A DNA stretch of 64,000 nt from an uncultured Nitrososphaerota archaeon (lineage in GTDB: Archaea; Thermoproteota; Nitrososphaeria; Nitrososphaerales; Nitrosopumilaceae): assembly GCA_963824385.1 (NCBI GenBank), contig CAWGPD010000001.1:192001-256000 (forward strand), read 5' to 3'. Within the stretch, counting starts at the first letter, position 1. Every line of letters starts with the position of its first letter. The position numbers and the translations under genes are program-made. Shown here in pieces: positions 53,204 through 62,394 of the stretch. The notes beneath the pieces were generated by a model, which saw only the letters and a program-made list of their open reading frames with translations, was not told the origin of the DNA and did no database searches.

Positions 53204-53599
53204 TTATTTTCTCCTTTGACTAATTATAACCCATGCAAATGGAATTCCTACCAGACATGCTGTGAGCATAGTCATCCATTCCAAAAAAATGGGTATTTTT
53301 TCATTTGAAGATATTCCCAACCTGTCAGACATTTCGCGCATACCAGACATGTTGGACATACCAGCCATTCCATGCATACCAGACATGTTGGACATACCAG
53401 CCATTCCATGCATACCAGACATGTTGGACATACCAGCCATTGTCTCACTTGATATCATTTTAATCGAGTATGCAGAATAGTATTGTTCAGCATTTACTGT
53501 ATGAAGTTGAGAAACTAATACAAATACAATACCTACGAAAATGATCGAAAAAAGACCAAACCAAACACAGGCCAAGTTTTTCTTTAACATAGAGGCCAT
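53204..53599 (-). CDS. Membrane protein with Met/His-rich tandem repeat (MAGMSNMSGMHG)
   Basis: Two TMs flanking Met-rich repeats; TGTACCA motif 40 nt upstream (53639). Confidence 0.75.
   Translation of the reverse strand: MASMLKKNLACVWFGLFSIIFVGIVFVLVSQLHTVNAEQYYSAYSIKMISSETMAGMSNMSGMHGMAGMSNMSGMHGMAGMSNMSGMREMSDRLGISSNEKIPIFLEWMTMLTACLVGIPFAWVIISQRRK
53339..53441. repeat. 36-bp tandem repeat x~2.8 (coding, Met-rich)
   Basis: CATACCAGACATGTTGGACATACCAGCCATTCCATG. Confidence 0.9.
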
Positions 53600-53714
53600 T
53601 CGTAACACTCGTTTATTTCTTTTAGAAATTAAAATCAGTGGTACAATCCACGAATGAATTACCAAAATTGAGAATCAAGGACATGCATATCTATGGATTT
53701 AAACAATAAACAAT

Positions 53715-53822
53715 ATGACACATTGTAATTGTGGAGCTAAACATGAAACTACTTGTAGTTGTCAAAAAACTGGCAAATGCGACTGCGGCAGTAGTTGCAC
53801 CTGCAAAGATTGCAGATGTTAA
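53715..53822 (+). CDS. Metallothionein-like peptide (35 aa, 10 Cys in five CxC pairs)
   Basis: Not in ORF track; MTHCNCGAKHETTCSCQKTGKCDCGSSCTCKDCRC; no aromatic residues; 71 nt upstream of copA, same strand. Confidence 0.8.
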   Translation: MTHCNCGAKHETTCSCQKTGKCDCGSSCTCKDCRC

Positions 53823-53893
53823 TCAAGCAACACGTGTTCACAGCAAGCCAAGTAATGAGGTTAAAATATTCTTCTTTTTTAGAGTGAGCTAGA

Positions 53894-55999
53894 ATGGCGC
53901 GAGACCCCATATGTGGAATGTTTGTAGAGGAAAAAAATGAGTCATTAAATTTTGAAACAGATGGAAGAAGGTATTATTTTTGCTGCAAAAGCTGCCTAGA
54001 CGAATTCGCCATGCCAGAAAAAGAACTCAAAAAACTAAAGAGTCATGTCGTACTGGCTATCATTTTAACAATTCCCACAGTTTTGCTAACATATATCGCA
54101 ATTATACCTCACCAATTAAACCCCTACGTACTTTTTGCATTAGCAACACCAGTCCAGTTCTGGCTCGGTTGGAGATTCTATCAGGGTACATATGATGCAT
54201 TCAAGCACAAGATGACTAACATGGATGTCCTAATCGCATTAGGAACATCCACCGCGTGGGGATACAGCACTGTCATAACTTTTGTGCACAATGTAGTACC
54301 AATGGCAGATGTATACTTTGAAACATCTTCAGTCATAATCACGCTTTTGTTAATTGGAAGATTACTTGAGAGTAAGACCAAGACAAGAGCATCAAAGGCT
54401 GTAAAAAAACTACTGGATCTTAAACCAAGATTTGCTCATGCCATAAAAAATAATCAAGAGGTAGAGGTACCAGTTGAGCAAGTACAACCAGACGATATAA
54501 TCATAGTTCGTCCAGGGGAAAGAATACCTGTAGATGGAACAATAATTGAAGGAAGATCGTCAATAGATCAATCTGCGATAACAGGTGAGAGTATCCCAGT
54601 AGAAAAAGAAGTTGGAGATGATGTCATTGGAAGCACCATCAACAAAGAAGGCGCATTCAAATTCAAAGCAACCAAGGTAGGAGACGAATCTGTCTTATCG
54701 CAAATAGTAAAGCTTGTCGAGGATGCAAAATCAAGCAGGGTTCCGATACAAAAGCTTGCTGATAAAATATCATCATATTTTGTACCACTTATAATTACAA
54801 TAGCAATAATTTCTGCACTGGGGTGGTTCTTTGTAGGTGGAATTGGCCTTACTTTCTCAATTCTTGCATTTGTTTCAGTAATAATAATTTCTTGTCCATG
54901 TGCGCTTGGAATTGCAACACCTGCAGCTCTAATGGTAGGAGCAGGCAAGGCTGCAGAAAACGGCATCCTGATAAAGGGTGGTGAAAATCTTGAAAATGCA
55001 AGAAAGGTTCAGATTATAATATTCGACAAAACCGGGACTTTAACCAAGGGAATTCCTTCTGTTACTGATGTTGTGACTATAAACGAGATGAACAGCGATG
55101 AGATATTACGCCTTGCCGCAATTTCAGAGAAAAATTCAGAGCATCCCCTTGCAAGAGCTATAGTAAGACATGCAAAAAAAACAAATCTCGTAGTTTCAGA
55201 TCCAGATTCGTTTAAATCCATCACAGGTAGTGGAGTTGAAGCCCAGTACGGAGATCATCAGATATTGATAGGAAATAGAAAATTCATAACAAATAACGGC
55301 ATTACAATTGATGAAAAAATGGAGAAGAAGATTCAGGAATTTGAAGAAGGCGGAAAGACTACAATCATCATATGTATTGACAAAAAATTATCAGGAATAA
55401 TTGCAATGATGGATACGATCAGTGACAACGCACTAGAAGCCATACAGAGGCTCAAAAAGAATGGAATTCAAGTAGCAATGCTTACAGGAGACAACACAAA
55501 GATTGCCAATGCAATAGCAAGTAAACTTGGAATAGACCGAGTTTTCGCAGAAGTATCACCTCAAGAAAAAGAGAACGTCATAGCAAAAATAAAGCAAGAA
55601 GGAAAGACTGTAGCAATGGTGGGAGATGGAATCAATGACGCCCCCGCACTTGCAGCAGCTGATTTAGGAATAGCATTTGGAAGTGGAACAGATATTGCAA
55701 AGGAGACTGGAGGGATTATACTTGTCAAAGATGATTTAAGAGATGTTGTAACAGCAATAGAGCTAAGCAAGAAAACTGTTGCCAAGATTAAACAAAATCT
55801 TGTACTGTCATTTGTTTACAACTCGGCATTAATTCCAGTTGCAGCTGGCGCACTTGTTCCAATATTTGGCCCTCATGTGTACATGATCTTGCCGTTTCTT
55901 GCAGCTGGCGCAATGGCAACAAGCTCCATAACGGTAATTAGTAATTCCCTATTATTGAACAGGTACAAACCAATGAGACAGAGGTTAGAAATAAAATGA
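53894..55999 (+). CDS. copA: Cu(I)-translocating P1B-type ATPase with N-terminal YHS domain
   Basis: [45 protein letters not shown] and MxxSS P1B-1 motifs. Confidence 0.95.
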   Translation: MARDPICGMFVEEKNESLNFETDGRRYYFCCKSCLDEFAMPEKELKKLKSHVVLAIILTIPTVLLTYIAIIPHQLNPYVLFALATPVQFWLGWRFYQGTYDAFKHKMTNMDVLIALGTSTAWGYSTVITFVHNVVPMADVYFETSSVIITLLLIGRLLESKTKTRASKAVKKLLDLKPRFAHAIKNNQEVEVPVEQVQPDDIIIVRPGERIPVDGTIIEGRSSIDQSAITGESIPVEKEVGDDVIGSTINKEGAFKFKATKVGDESVLSQIVKLVEDAKSSRVPIQKLADKISSYFVPLIITIAIISALGWFFVGGIGLTFSILAFVSVIIISCPCALGIATPAALMVGAGKAAENGILIKGGENLENARKVQIIIFDKTGTLTKGIPSVTDVVTINEMNSDEILRLAAISEKNSEHPLARAIVRHAKKTNLVVSDPDSFKSITGSGVEAQYGDHQILIGNRKFITNNGITIDEKMEKKIQEFEEGGKTTIIICIDKKLSGIIAMMDTISDNALEAIQRLKKNGIQVAMLTGDNTKIANAIASKLGIDRVFAEVSPQEKENVIAKIKQEGKTVAMVGDGINDAPALAAADLGIAFGSGTDIAKETGGIILVKDDLRDVVTAIELSKKTVAKIKQNLVLSFVYNSALIPVAAGALVPIFGPHVYMILPFLAAGAMATSSITVISNSLLLNRYKPMRQRLEIK

Positions 56000-56172
56000 T
56001 CCCAAAATCCATTTTATTGATACGTGAAACTTCATATCATAATTTTAGGAGAAATATGTCAACTCAGATCTTTACTGCATGGGCGCACTCTCCATACAGC
56101 AAAGAGCAGAGCAGAATGAAGTCAAATCATTATGCAGTATCAATACCACGTCATTTTACAAGATAAAGAAAT

Positions 56173-56195
56173 TGGTACATTAGTCGAATATACCA
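56173..56195. promoter_or_regulatory. Palindromic operator TGGTACA-N9-TATACCA
   Basis: 7-9-7 inverted repeat; a further TGTACCA at 56243 precedes the TATA of the 56284 gene. Confidence 0.7.
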
Positions 56196-56283
56196 TGTAT
56201 GAAGATACTTTGCTTCATACCATGAATGAGCCATTCTATAGTTGTACCAGTTCGTTTAAATTTCTAAAAAGCGTAAATTTACT

Positions 56284-56676
56284 ATGCAGAAAGAAAGCCA
56301 TCTATTGGAAAATAGGCCAAAGCTTTTTACCATAATCATTTTTTCTGTAATCGCAATTTTTGCAGTACCAGTAATACTTCCTCATGTATTTCACGAATTT
56401 CAAGTCTTCCACATACTACTCCACTTAAGCGGAGTTGCAATAGCCAGTTTTCTTACCATAGTTTCTTCAGTAGCATATGCAAGAATTAAAACAAAAAGGC
56501 TAATGTTTACAATGATAGCATTTGGCTTATTTGCAGTTGCAGAGGTATTCTCAGTCATCGATGCAGCATGGCAGTATACTTATTATTTCGGGTCCGTCTC
56601 AGCAGATGAGGTAGGACATATTCTTGAATTATGCACATTGGGGATGTTTGCATTGAGTGTGTTTAGGAGAGATTAG
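56284..56676 (+). CDS. 4-TM His-containing membrane protein, co-transcribed with a regulator
   Basis: PHVFHEFQVFHILLH; EVGH; 1-nt gap to the wHTH gene. Confidence 0.8.
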   Translation: MQKESHLLENRPKLFTIIIFSVIAIFAVPVILPHVFHEFQVFHILLHLSGVAIASFLTIVSSVAYARIKTKRLMFTMIAFGLFAVAEVFSVIDAAWQYTYYFGSVSADEVGHILELCTLGMFALSVFRRD

Positions 56677-56677
56677 A

Positions 56678-57175
56678 ATGGATAGAAGTATAGAGATCAT
56701 AAACATTGTAGAGAAAAATCCAGGGATAAAGTTTCGAGAGATTATGAGAGAGTCCGGACTGAAAAATGGAGTTCTAAGTTATCACGTAAGAAAATTAGAA
56801 GAGAGTGGTAGTGTAAAGATAGATAGAAAGTCAGGAGAGACCCGATTTTATCCCCTTTGCGTTACAGATGAAGAATCAAATCTTATAACAAGTCTTAGGC
56901 GAGACACTCAAAGATATATTTTATTATCTTTGCTTGATGGTAAATCACTTGCATTTAATGAGATAGTTTCGAAAGTCAGAAAATCACCTTCGACTGTTTC
57001 TACATTCCTTGGAAGACTTGTTGATGATAACATAGTGGAAATTAAGATCGTGGGATTAAAGAAAGTCTACTTTTTAAAAAATACAGACATGGTTCGTGAG
57101 ATAATTGAAAAATACAATCCAATTCTTCTTGAAAGAACTGCATACAACTTTGCAGACACGTTTGCAAACCTTTAG
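56678..57175 (+). CDS. Double winged-helix (ArsR-like) transcriptional regulator
   Basis: NPGIKFREIMR..GLKNGVLSYH...LE; second HTH FNEIV....KSPSTVS..L..L. Confidence 0.85.
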   Translation: MDRSIEIINIVEKNPGIKFREIMRESGLKNGVLSYHVRKLEESGSVKIDRKSGETRFYPLCVTDEESNLITSLRRDTQRYILLSLLDGKSLAFNEIVSKVRKSPSTVSTFLGRLVDDNIVEIKIVGLKKVYFLKNTDMVREIIEKYNPILLERTAYNFADTFANL

Positions 57176-57301
57176 GAATTACAACTCACAATTTACCATG
57201 CAGTCACGTATTATGCAATAATTGTACCATAATACTAGATACGAGTAAATGAGAAACTACTCACTATTTATTTAGAGTCAAAGGATAAAACTCAATCAAA
57301 T

Positions 57302-58669
57302 ATGAACAAGATTCTAGTCCTGTTTACTATTGCATTAATTCTATTTCCTAGCGTCATGTTCTTGTCAGCCCATGGAGACGGATTAGCAAGTGAAACATTA
57401 CCGCCGTCCATGATTGGTAACAAAAATGTCACATTATCAATCAACACATCGCCATTTTTGATAAACGACTATCAGTCTGGAACACAGATAAATTTTGTAT
57501 TGATGGATGTCACTGATCAGCAGCCAATTCCAGATGCAACAATCGCAGTTTCAGTCTTCAAGGACAATAAAGCTGTAGTTGGTCATGTGTTTATGAGCGA
57601 TAGTGGAAATTTCCTACTTGATTTGATTCCAGACACAACAACAAACAGCACTTCAATTGATGAACAAGGTGGAATATTTCCAGGTCTGTTGGGGCATAGT
57701 GGAGAATATAACATCAAAGGACCTGCATTTTCCACCGCAGGATTGTACAAATTCAAAATCGAAGTTCTCACAATGGGATCATATGATTACCAAGTAAGCA
57801 AGTCATTTGATGCCGGAGTATCACTTCCAGAAACAGACAATTATCAAGTCTATGATAAAGACTATGGAAATCAGAACGTTACACTAATTGCTTATTATGA
57901 TAAAATCAGTGATTTTCAATACAATACAGATACCAAGACTATAAGTTTTGTAATGCCGTTTAACTGGGATCCTGATAATGTAAAACAAGTATCAGTTGTG
58001 CACCAGGAATTAAAGATACCAAGAACATTTAGTGATTTTATAGTTACAAAATATGATGTATCCATTAATGGAGTAAAGATACCTGACAAAGAAATCAGCA
58101 TAGATGATTATTCATCAGATGAGCGAATAGTACACCTAATTTTATACAAAACTGATGTGGCAAACATTGTAAAAGAGCAGAACAGTACAAAGCAAGAGAT
58201 GGATTACTCTATTTCTCCCAGCAACACTATCAGTTTTCCAATCATACAATATACAAGAAATGCACAATACAAGGTGAGTCTTAGCTGGGACCCCCCAAAA
58301 ATTCTCCCAGGTTCAACAACCAGATTTAGTTTCCAAGTTCTAGATCCTTATTTGGTAAATAAAACAGTCGACCCCTTAGACTATGATTTTTCCATAATTG
58401 CTGGAAAGAATGGAGTGATATTTCACAAGAGTGATACTACTAATAGCAATGGCACCATGAATATAATCAATGTTCCATTCCCGTCTAATTATACGGGTCC
58501 AATTACAATTGCATTTGAGAATTTAAACGATAATAGTTTTGCAGATTCAGAATTCTCAGGAATTGTTTCAGTCCCCACAATAGTTCCAGAATTTCCCGCA
58601 GGGCTATTGTTAATAACTGCAATCACATTTTCAATCATCCTAGTACTTCCAAGACTAGGGAAAAAATGA
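57302..58669 (+). CDS. Secreted surface protein with PEF-type C-terminal anchor
   Basis: Signal peptide; GLYKFKIEV, F.MPFNW, IDDYS; VPEFP + TM. Confidence 0.85.
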   Translation: MNKILVLFTIALILFPSVMFLSAHGDGLASETLPPSMIGNKNVTLSINTSPFLINDYQSGTQINFVLMDVTDQQPIPDATIAVSVFKDNKAVVGHVFMSDSGNFLLDLIPDTTTNSTSIDEQGGIFPGLLGHSGEYNIKGPAFSTAGLYKFKIEVLTMGSYDYQVSKSFDAGVSLPETDNYQVYDKDYGNQNVTLIAYYDKISDFQYNTDTKTISFVMPFNWDPDNVKQVSVVHQELKIPRTFSDFIVTKYDVSINGVKIPDKEISIDDYSSDERIVHLILYKTDVANIVKEQNSTKQEMDYSISPSNTISFPIIQYTRNAQYKVSLSWDPPKILPGSTTRFSFQVLDPYLVNKTVDPLDYDFSIIAGKNGVIFHKSDTTNSNGTMNIINVPFPSNYTGPITIAFENLNDNSFADSEFSGIVSVPTIVPEFPAGLLLITAITFSIILVLPRLGKK

Positions 58670-58935
58670 AACGCGGAATCCTAATTGTAATTTCAGGAGC
58701 ATGCATGCTCATAGGTGGTCATTTTCTTTCACAAATGGTAATTGATGCAATTCCAACAATCAATCCTGCCAATTCAAGTACAATAAAAGATACAAATTAT
58801 CACATGGTTACTCTAAGTAACCAGTTATCATTTGCCAGCCAACTTGGAATCATAGTTTTGTTTATTGGGGCAATCATATTTTTCACAGATAGAAGAAAAT
58901 CTAGTAACTCGGATCAGAATATTACTAAAATTTAA
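58666..58935 (+). CDS. Small 2-TM membrane protein
   Basis: ATGA overlap with the upstream gene; two hydrophobic helices. Confidence 0.7.
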   Translation: MKRGILIVISGACMLIGGHFLSQMVIDAIPTINPANSSTIKDTNYHMVTLSNQLSFASQLGIIVLFIGAIIFFTDRRKSSNSDQNITKI

Positions 58936-59007
58936 CATGTCAATTTTTTCCAAATCATACAGGATGGAAATTTCATTCAAGTACAATGCCAAAGAATTGT
59001 CGATTAC

Positions 59008-59958
59008 CTAGCCCTTCATGCCATATCCTACAAGTACGGAATAACATCCAAGGCCACATTGCTCACATATTGGCTTCATAGACGAGTTGTCCGCACTTCC
59101 AATACAGCAGGGTCGTTTCTCCCTACCCATGTGATCAACTGATATTATTGCCCATGTGGGGCAGTCAACAGGAACAGTTCCCTTTCCGCCCCAATTCTTT
59201 TTCATCAACTCTAGCTGACTATCAGGATTTATGATATAATCATCATCAAACTGGTCTCTCATTGCAATAATATCATCAACTACTTGTGTTCTTTGAGGAC
59301 CAAATGGGAGCCAGAGAGGGTCATCTTTCATAAAAGGAGTATGAAACTGAAATCCAATCTTGTTGGAATATTCATGCCATTCGTTCATGACATCTTTTAC
59401 TGTCTTGTAGTTTTGAGAATTAATTGTCATTGTAATCCATATGTCTTTCCATGCCTTTTCTCCATTATTGTTTACATAATCTAGAACATTCTTTCTTGTC
59501 TTATCCCAAGATCCGGCTCCACGAATTTTGTCATGAGTCTCGTTTGTACCATCTATTGATATCCAGTAAAAGTATAGATTTTCAATTTTTTTCAGCGGTA
59601 TAGTCCCGTTAGATACGATACAGATTCTTTTTGGAAACTGCTTTACAAACAAATCAATAACATCAGGCCTTAGAGCGGGTTCACCCCCTACTAGAGTAAT
59701 GATAAAGACATGATTTTTCTTAAATTTCTCATCAATTACTTTTTGCCATTGTTGAAGTGTTAGATCCTCATTTTCTTTTCTGTTTAGCCACCAATAACAG
59801 TGAGTACAGTGCAAGTTACATACATTGATTATATCAGCAGACCCATACAGCGGGCTTTTTCGGTGAAATAATTTGTATCCTGCAAATGTTCCAAATATGT
59901 GAAAATAGCATGGCATCTCTTGAATTATTTGTCTAACTCCCCTGCCCATTATTTCCAT
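59008..59958 (-). CDS. Radical SAM protein with Cys-rich C-terminus
   Basis: CNLHCTHC; GGEP; SNGT; ISIDG..ETHD.IRG; PCC and CEQCGLGC. Confidence 0.85.
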   Translation of the reverse strand: MEIMGRGVRQIIQEMPCYFHIFGTFAGYKLFHRKSPLYGSADIINVCNLHCTHCYWWLNRKENEDLTLQQWQKVIDEKFKKNHVFIITLVGGEPALRPDVIDLFVKQFPKRICIVSNGTIPLKKIENLYFYWISIDGTNETHDKIRGAGSWDKTRKNVLDYVNNNGEKAWKDIWITMTINSQNYKTVKDVMNEWHEYSNKIGFQFHTPFMKDDPLWLPFGPQRTQVVDDIIAMRDQFDDDYIINPDSQLELMKKNWGGKGTVPVDCPTWAIISVDHMGREKRPCCIGSADNSSMKPICEQCGLGCYSVLVGYGMKG

Positions 59959-60057
59959 GATCATAAAGATACAGCATTGCAAGTTAAATGCGTTTAGTGT
60001 AATCACAAATTTTAAAAATTCCAAATTTTCCCTGTTTTAATATAATATCTGACTGAT

Positions 60058-60288
60058 CTAGTTAGCACACATTAATGTCGTAGTGCAATAGACTTTTTCC
60101 AATTGCCTGATTTTTTTTGCTATTGTTTCACTTATCTCATTAACATTAGGGCATTCTATTTTTACTACAATGTCATAGTTGCCAAATACCCCTGAAACTT
60201 CCTTAACAGAAGCAATTTCTTTTACTCCTTCAACAATTGCTCCCTCTGCTCCCATCTCACAGTTTATCATGACATAGGCAGTTTCCAA
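60058..60288 (-). CDS. Stand-alone Lrp/AsnC ligand-binding domain protein
   Basis: AYVMINCEMG..V.EV.GVFGNYDIVVK...IR...V..TTTL. Confidence 0.85.
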   Translation of the reverse strand: METAYVMINCEMGAEGAIVEGVKEIASVKEVSGVFGNYDIVVKIECPNVNEISETIAKKIRQLEKVYCTTTLMCAN

Positions 60289-60486
60289 CTATACCATATC
60301 GTCTTGATAATATATGAAATTTTTGGTATTATAACATTATAAAACATTATAATTTTTTTATTTTACCAGCATATTATGAATTAATTATTTAAAATAAGAT
60401 ATTTTTTGAAATATTTTAGACTTATTAGCATATAATCACAAATGACGATTTTACTTTTAGATCACATCATATTAAAAAATATGAAA

Positions 60487-61273
60487 CTACTGATCTCCAA
60501 TTAAGAAGATTACATTTACAGTAGTTGTTACTTGCTGGTTTGATGAAAATATTGGCGTAGACCTGTCAGCCATAGCAGACATTGCACCTGGGTATATCGG
60601 CGTAGGCGGTGTATTAAAATCCGATAGATTTACAGTTTTTACGCCAATTATTTTCTGACCTAGAGGATCAATTGCGGTCTCTGCTCGAGATTTTGCATCC
60701 AAGACAGCCTTGTTTATCAAATCATCTTGCATGCTCTGTTCTTTTTCAGGAGAGAGTGAGAAAAATATGCTATCCACTCTGTTAGCCCCTGCACTAACGG
60801 CAGTATCAGTAATATTTCCAGCCATAGATAATTTGGTGGTTTTTACATACAAAGTGTTTGAAGTTTGGTAACCTATCAGTTCTGACTGGCGTATGCCAGT
60901 AGTTTGATCAGGAATAGAGTCGTTGTATACTGGTGGAAATAGAAAAGTCAGATGTACTAATCTCGTCTTTACTGATTCCAATGTTTTCAAGCGCATTTAC
61001 TATTGCGTTTGTCATTTGAGAATTTTCGTTGATCGAGTCTTGGGCAGTCTTTGCCTGAGTATCAACACCAAACTGTACAGTGACCAGATCTGGTAATACG
61101 GATGCAGTTGCTGAACCTGTAGAAGACACAGTTCTCTCTTGGGATACGGGTATTGCAGGTACTTGTTGTCCATCGGCCTCTTTCTGAGACATCTCAAAAT
61201 TAGCAAACACTATAGTTGAAACAATTAGAATCACAGCAAGTGTTACAAATATAGTTTTTTTGGGCAGTGCCAT
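60487..61273 (-). CDS. SIMPL (DUF541) domain protein (frameshift near 60938)
   Basis: VS.TG.A....PD......GV.T; GY..SN.L.V; AGANRV..I.F; AV.DAK.RAE. Confidence 0.85.
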
Positions 61274-61454
61274 TAACTCGTATAATCAAAGTTGAGTTTA
61301 TAGACTTTGAGTATATTTTATTCTAATTTGATTTTTTATCAAAAAAGTATTATTTCACAATCTCGTTAATTGATACTCATAGACAATGTAAAAATAAGCG
61401 TGAATTGTCTTTTGATGTATCATGTTGCCTTTTGTACTAGACTTGTGGGGATGC

Positions 61455-61757
61455 ATGCCAGAACTTTCCAAGAACTGTGTAGACATGACAAACGCCTCTT
61501 CTACCTATCTTGGAATTGTAGGAGGTGCAATCGTGGGAGGTATAGTCAGCTGGTGGATTTATAACAGACAAAAATACACATCAGAAAAACAAGATCATAT
61601 CCTAGGCAGAATAAAAGATCTTGAAGAAAGTCATACCAACATTTTAAAAAAACTTGAAGACTTTGATGATAAACATGAGAATTCATTTGACTCACTACAA
61701 GATATCAGTAGGAAGGTAGATGTTCTTTTGAAAAAATTTGAAGATTCCTCAAAATAA
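61455..61757 (+). CDS. Single-TM coiled-coil protein
   Basis: YLGIVGGAIVGGIVSWWIY followed by a coiled coil. Confidence 0.7.
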   Translation: MPELSKNCVDMTNASSTYLGIVGGAIVGGIVSWWIYNRQKYTSEKQDHILGRIKDLEESHTNILKKLEDFDDKHENSFDSLQDISRKVDVLLKKFEDSSK

Positions 61758-61762
61758 TATTT

Positions 61763-61918
61763 TTACTTGTCTGAAAGGGTCCATTTTTGTTCTGTATTCA
61801 TTTTCAATATTTGCTCAGGCGGTATGTCTTTATGGTCAATACCAATATGATGTGTGTACTCTAGTAGGCTAGTAAATTTTTTCTTGCATACAGGGCAGTC
61901 CTTTTCAAAGCCAGTCAT
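61763..61918 (-). CDS. C2H2 zinc-finger microprotein (51 aa)
   Basis: Not in ORF track; CPVCKKKFTSLLEYTHHIGIDH. Confidence 0.7.
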   Translation of the reverse strand: MTGFEKDCPVCKKKFTSLLEYTHHIGIDHKDIPPEQILKMNTEQKWTLSDK

Positions 61919-61980
61919 TATCATTTAAGATGTCAATTTTGTATTTTAAGATATTTCAGATTATCACTGACTAAAGATCA

Positions 61981-62394
61981 CTAGGAACGAGGTGGCATAT
62001 GAAATATTTTTTGAGGTAAAATTTTTAGGAGGATTCTCTTTTCACTTGGCATTGCAAACGGGTACTTGTCAACTCCCAGATATTTTTTTGCCATTTTATC
62101 TATGTGTTTGTCAGCATCATGAGTTGTCTGTTCTATGACTTTACCCCGTATTGTAACCATGTTGTAAGGATTCTTTTGATCAACTATAGAAATTGCAACT
62201 CTTGGATCTCTTGAGACGTTTCGCTGTTTTACCCTCCCCTCTGCCGTATTTACAATGATTACGCCATCAACCAAGTCAATCCAAGTCGGAGTTATCTGCG
62301 GTGAATTATCTCTCATCAAGGTGGCAACAAATGCCAAATTTTTGTCTTCAAGTAATTTTGCCACTTCAGGAGATATTACGCCAGTTTCAGTCAT
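61981..62394 (-). CDS. PPOX class (F420-dependent-type) oxidoreductase
   Basis: ATL..D.SPQITP.W; K.RN..RDPRVAISI; A.KYLG...YP. Confidence 0.85.
   Translation of the reverse strand: MTETGVISPEVAKLLEDKNLAFVATLMRDNSPQITPTWIDLVDGVIIVNTAEGRVKQRNVSRDPRVAISIVDQKNPYNMVTIRGKVIEQTTHDADKHIDKMAKKYLGVDKYPFAMPSEKRILLKILPQKIFHMPPRS

Noticed and set aside
48472..55785. Antisense ORFs within copCD and copA (and similar ones within EF-2, the symporter and fix genes)
   Set aside because: Antisense shadows of well-supported genes, with no independent motifs
42600..58935. Copper island as a mobile element
   Set aside because: No integrase, transposase, tRNA target or flanking direct repeats seen
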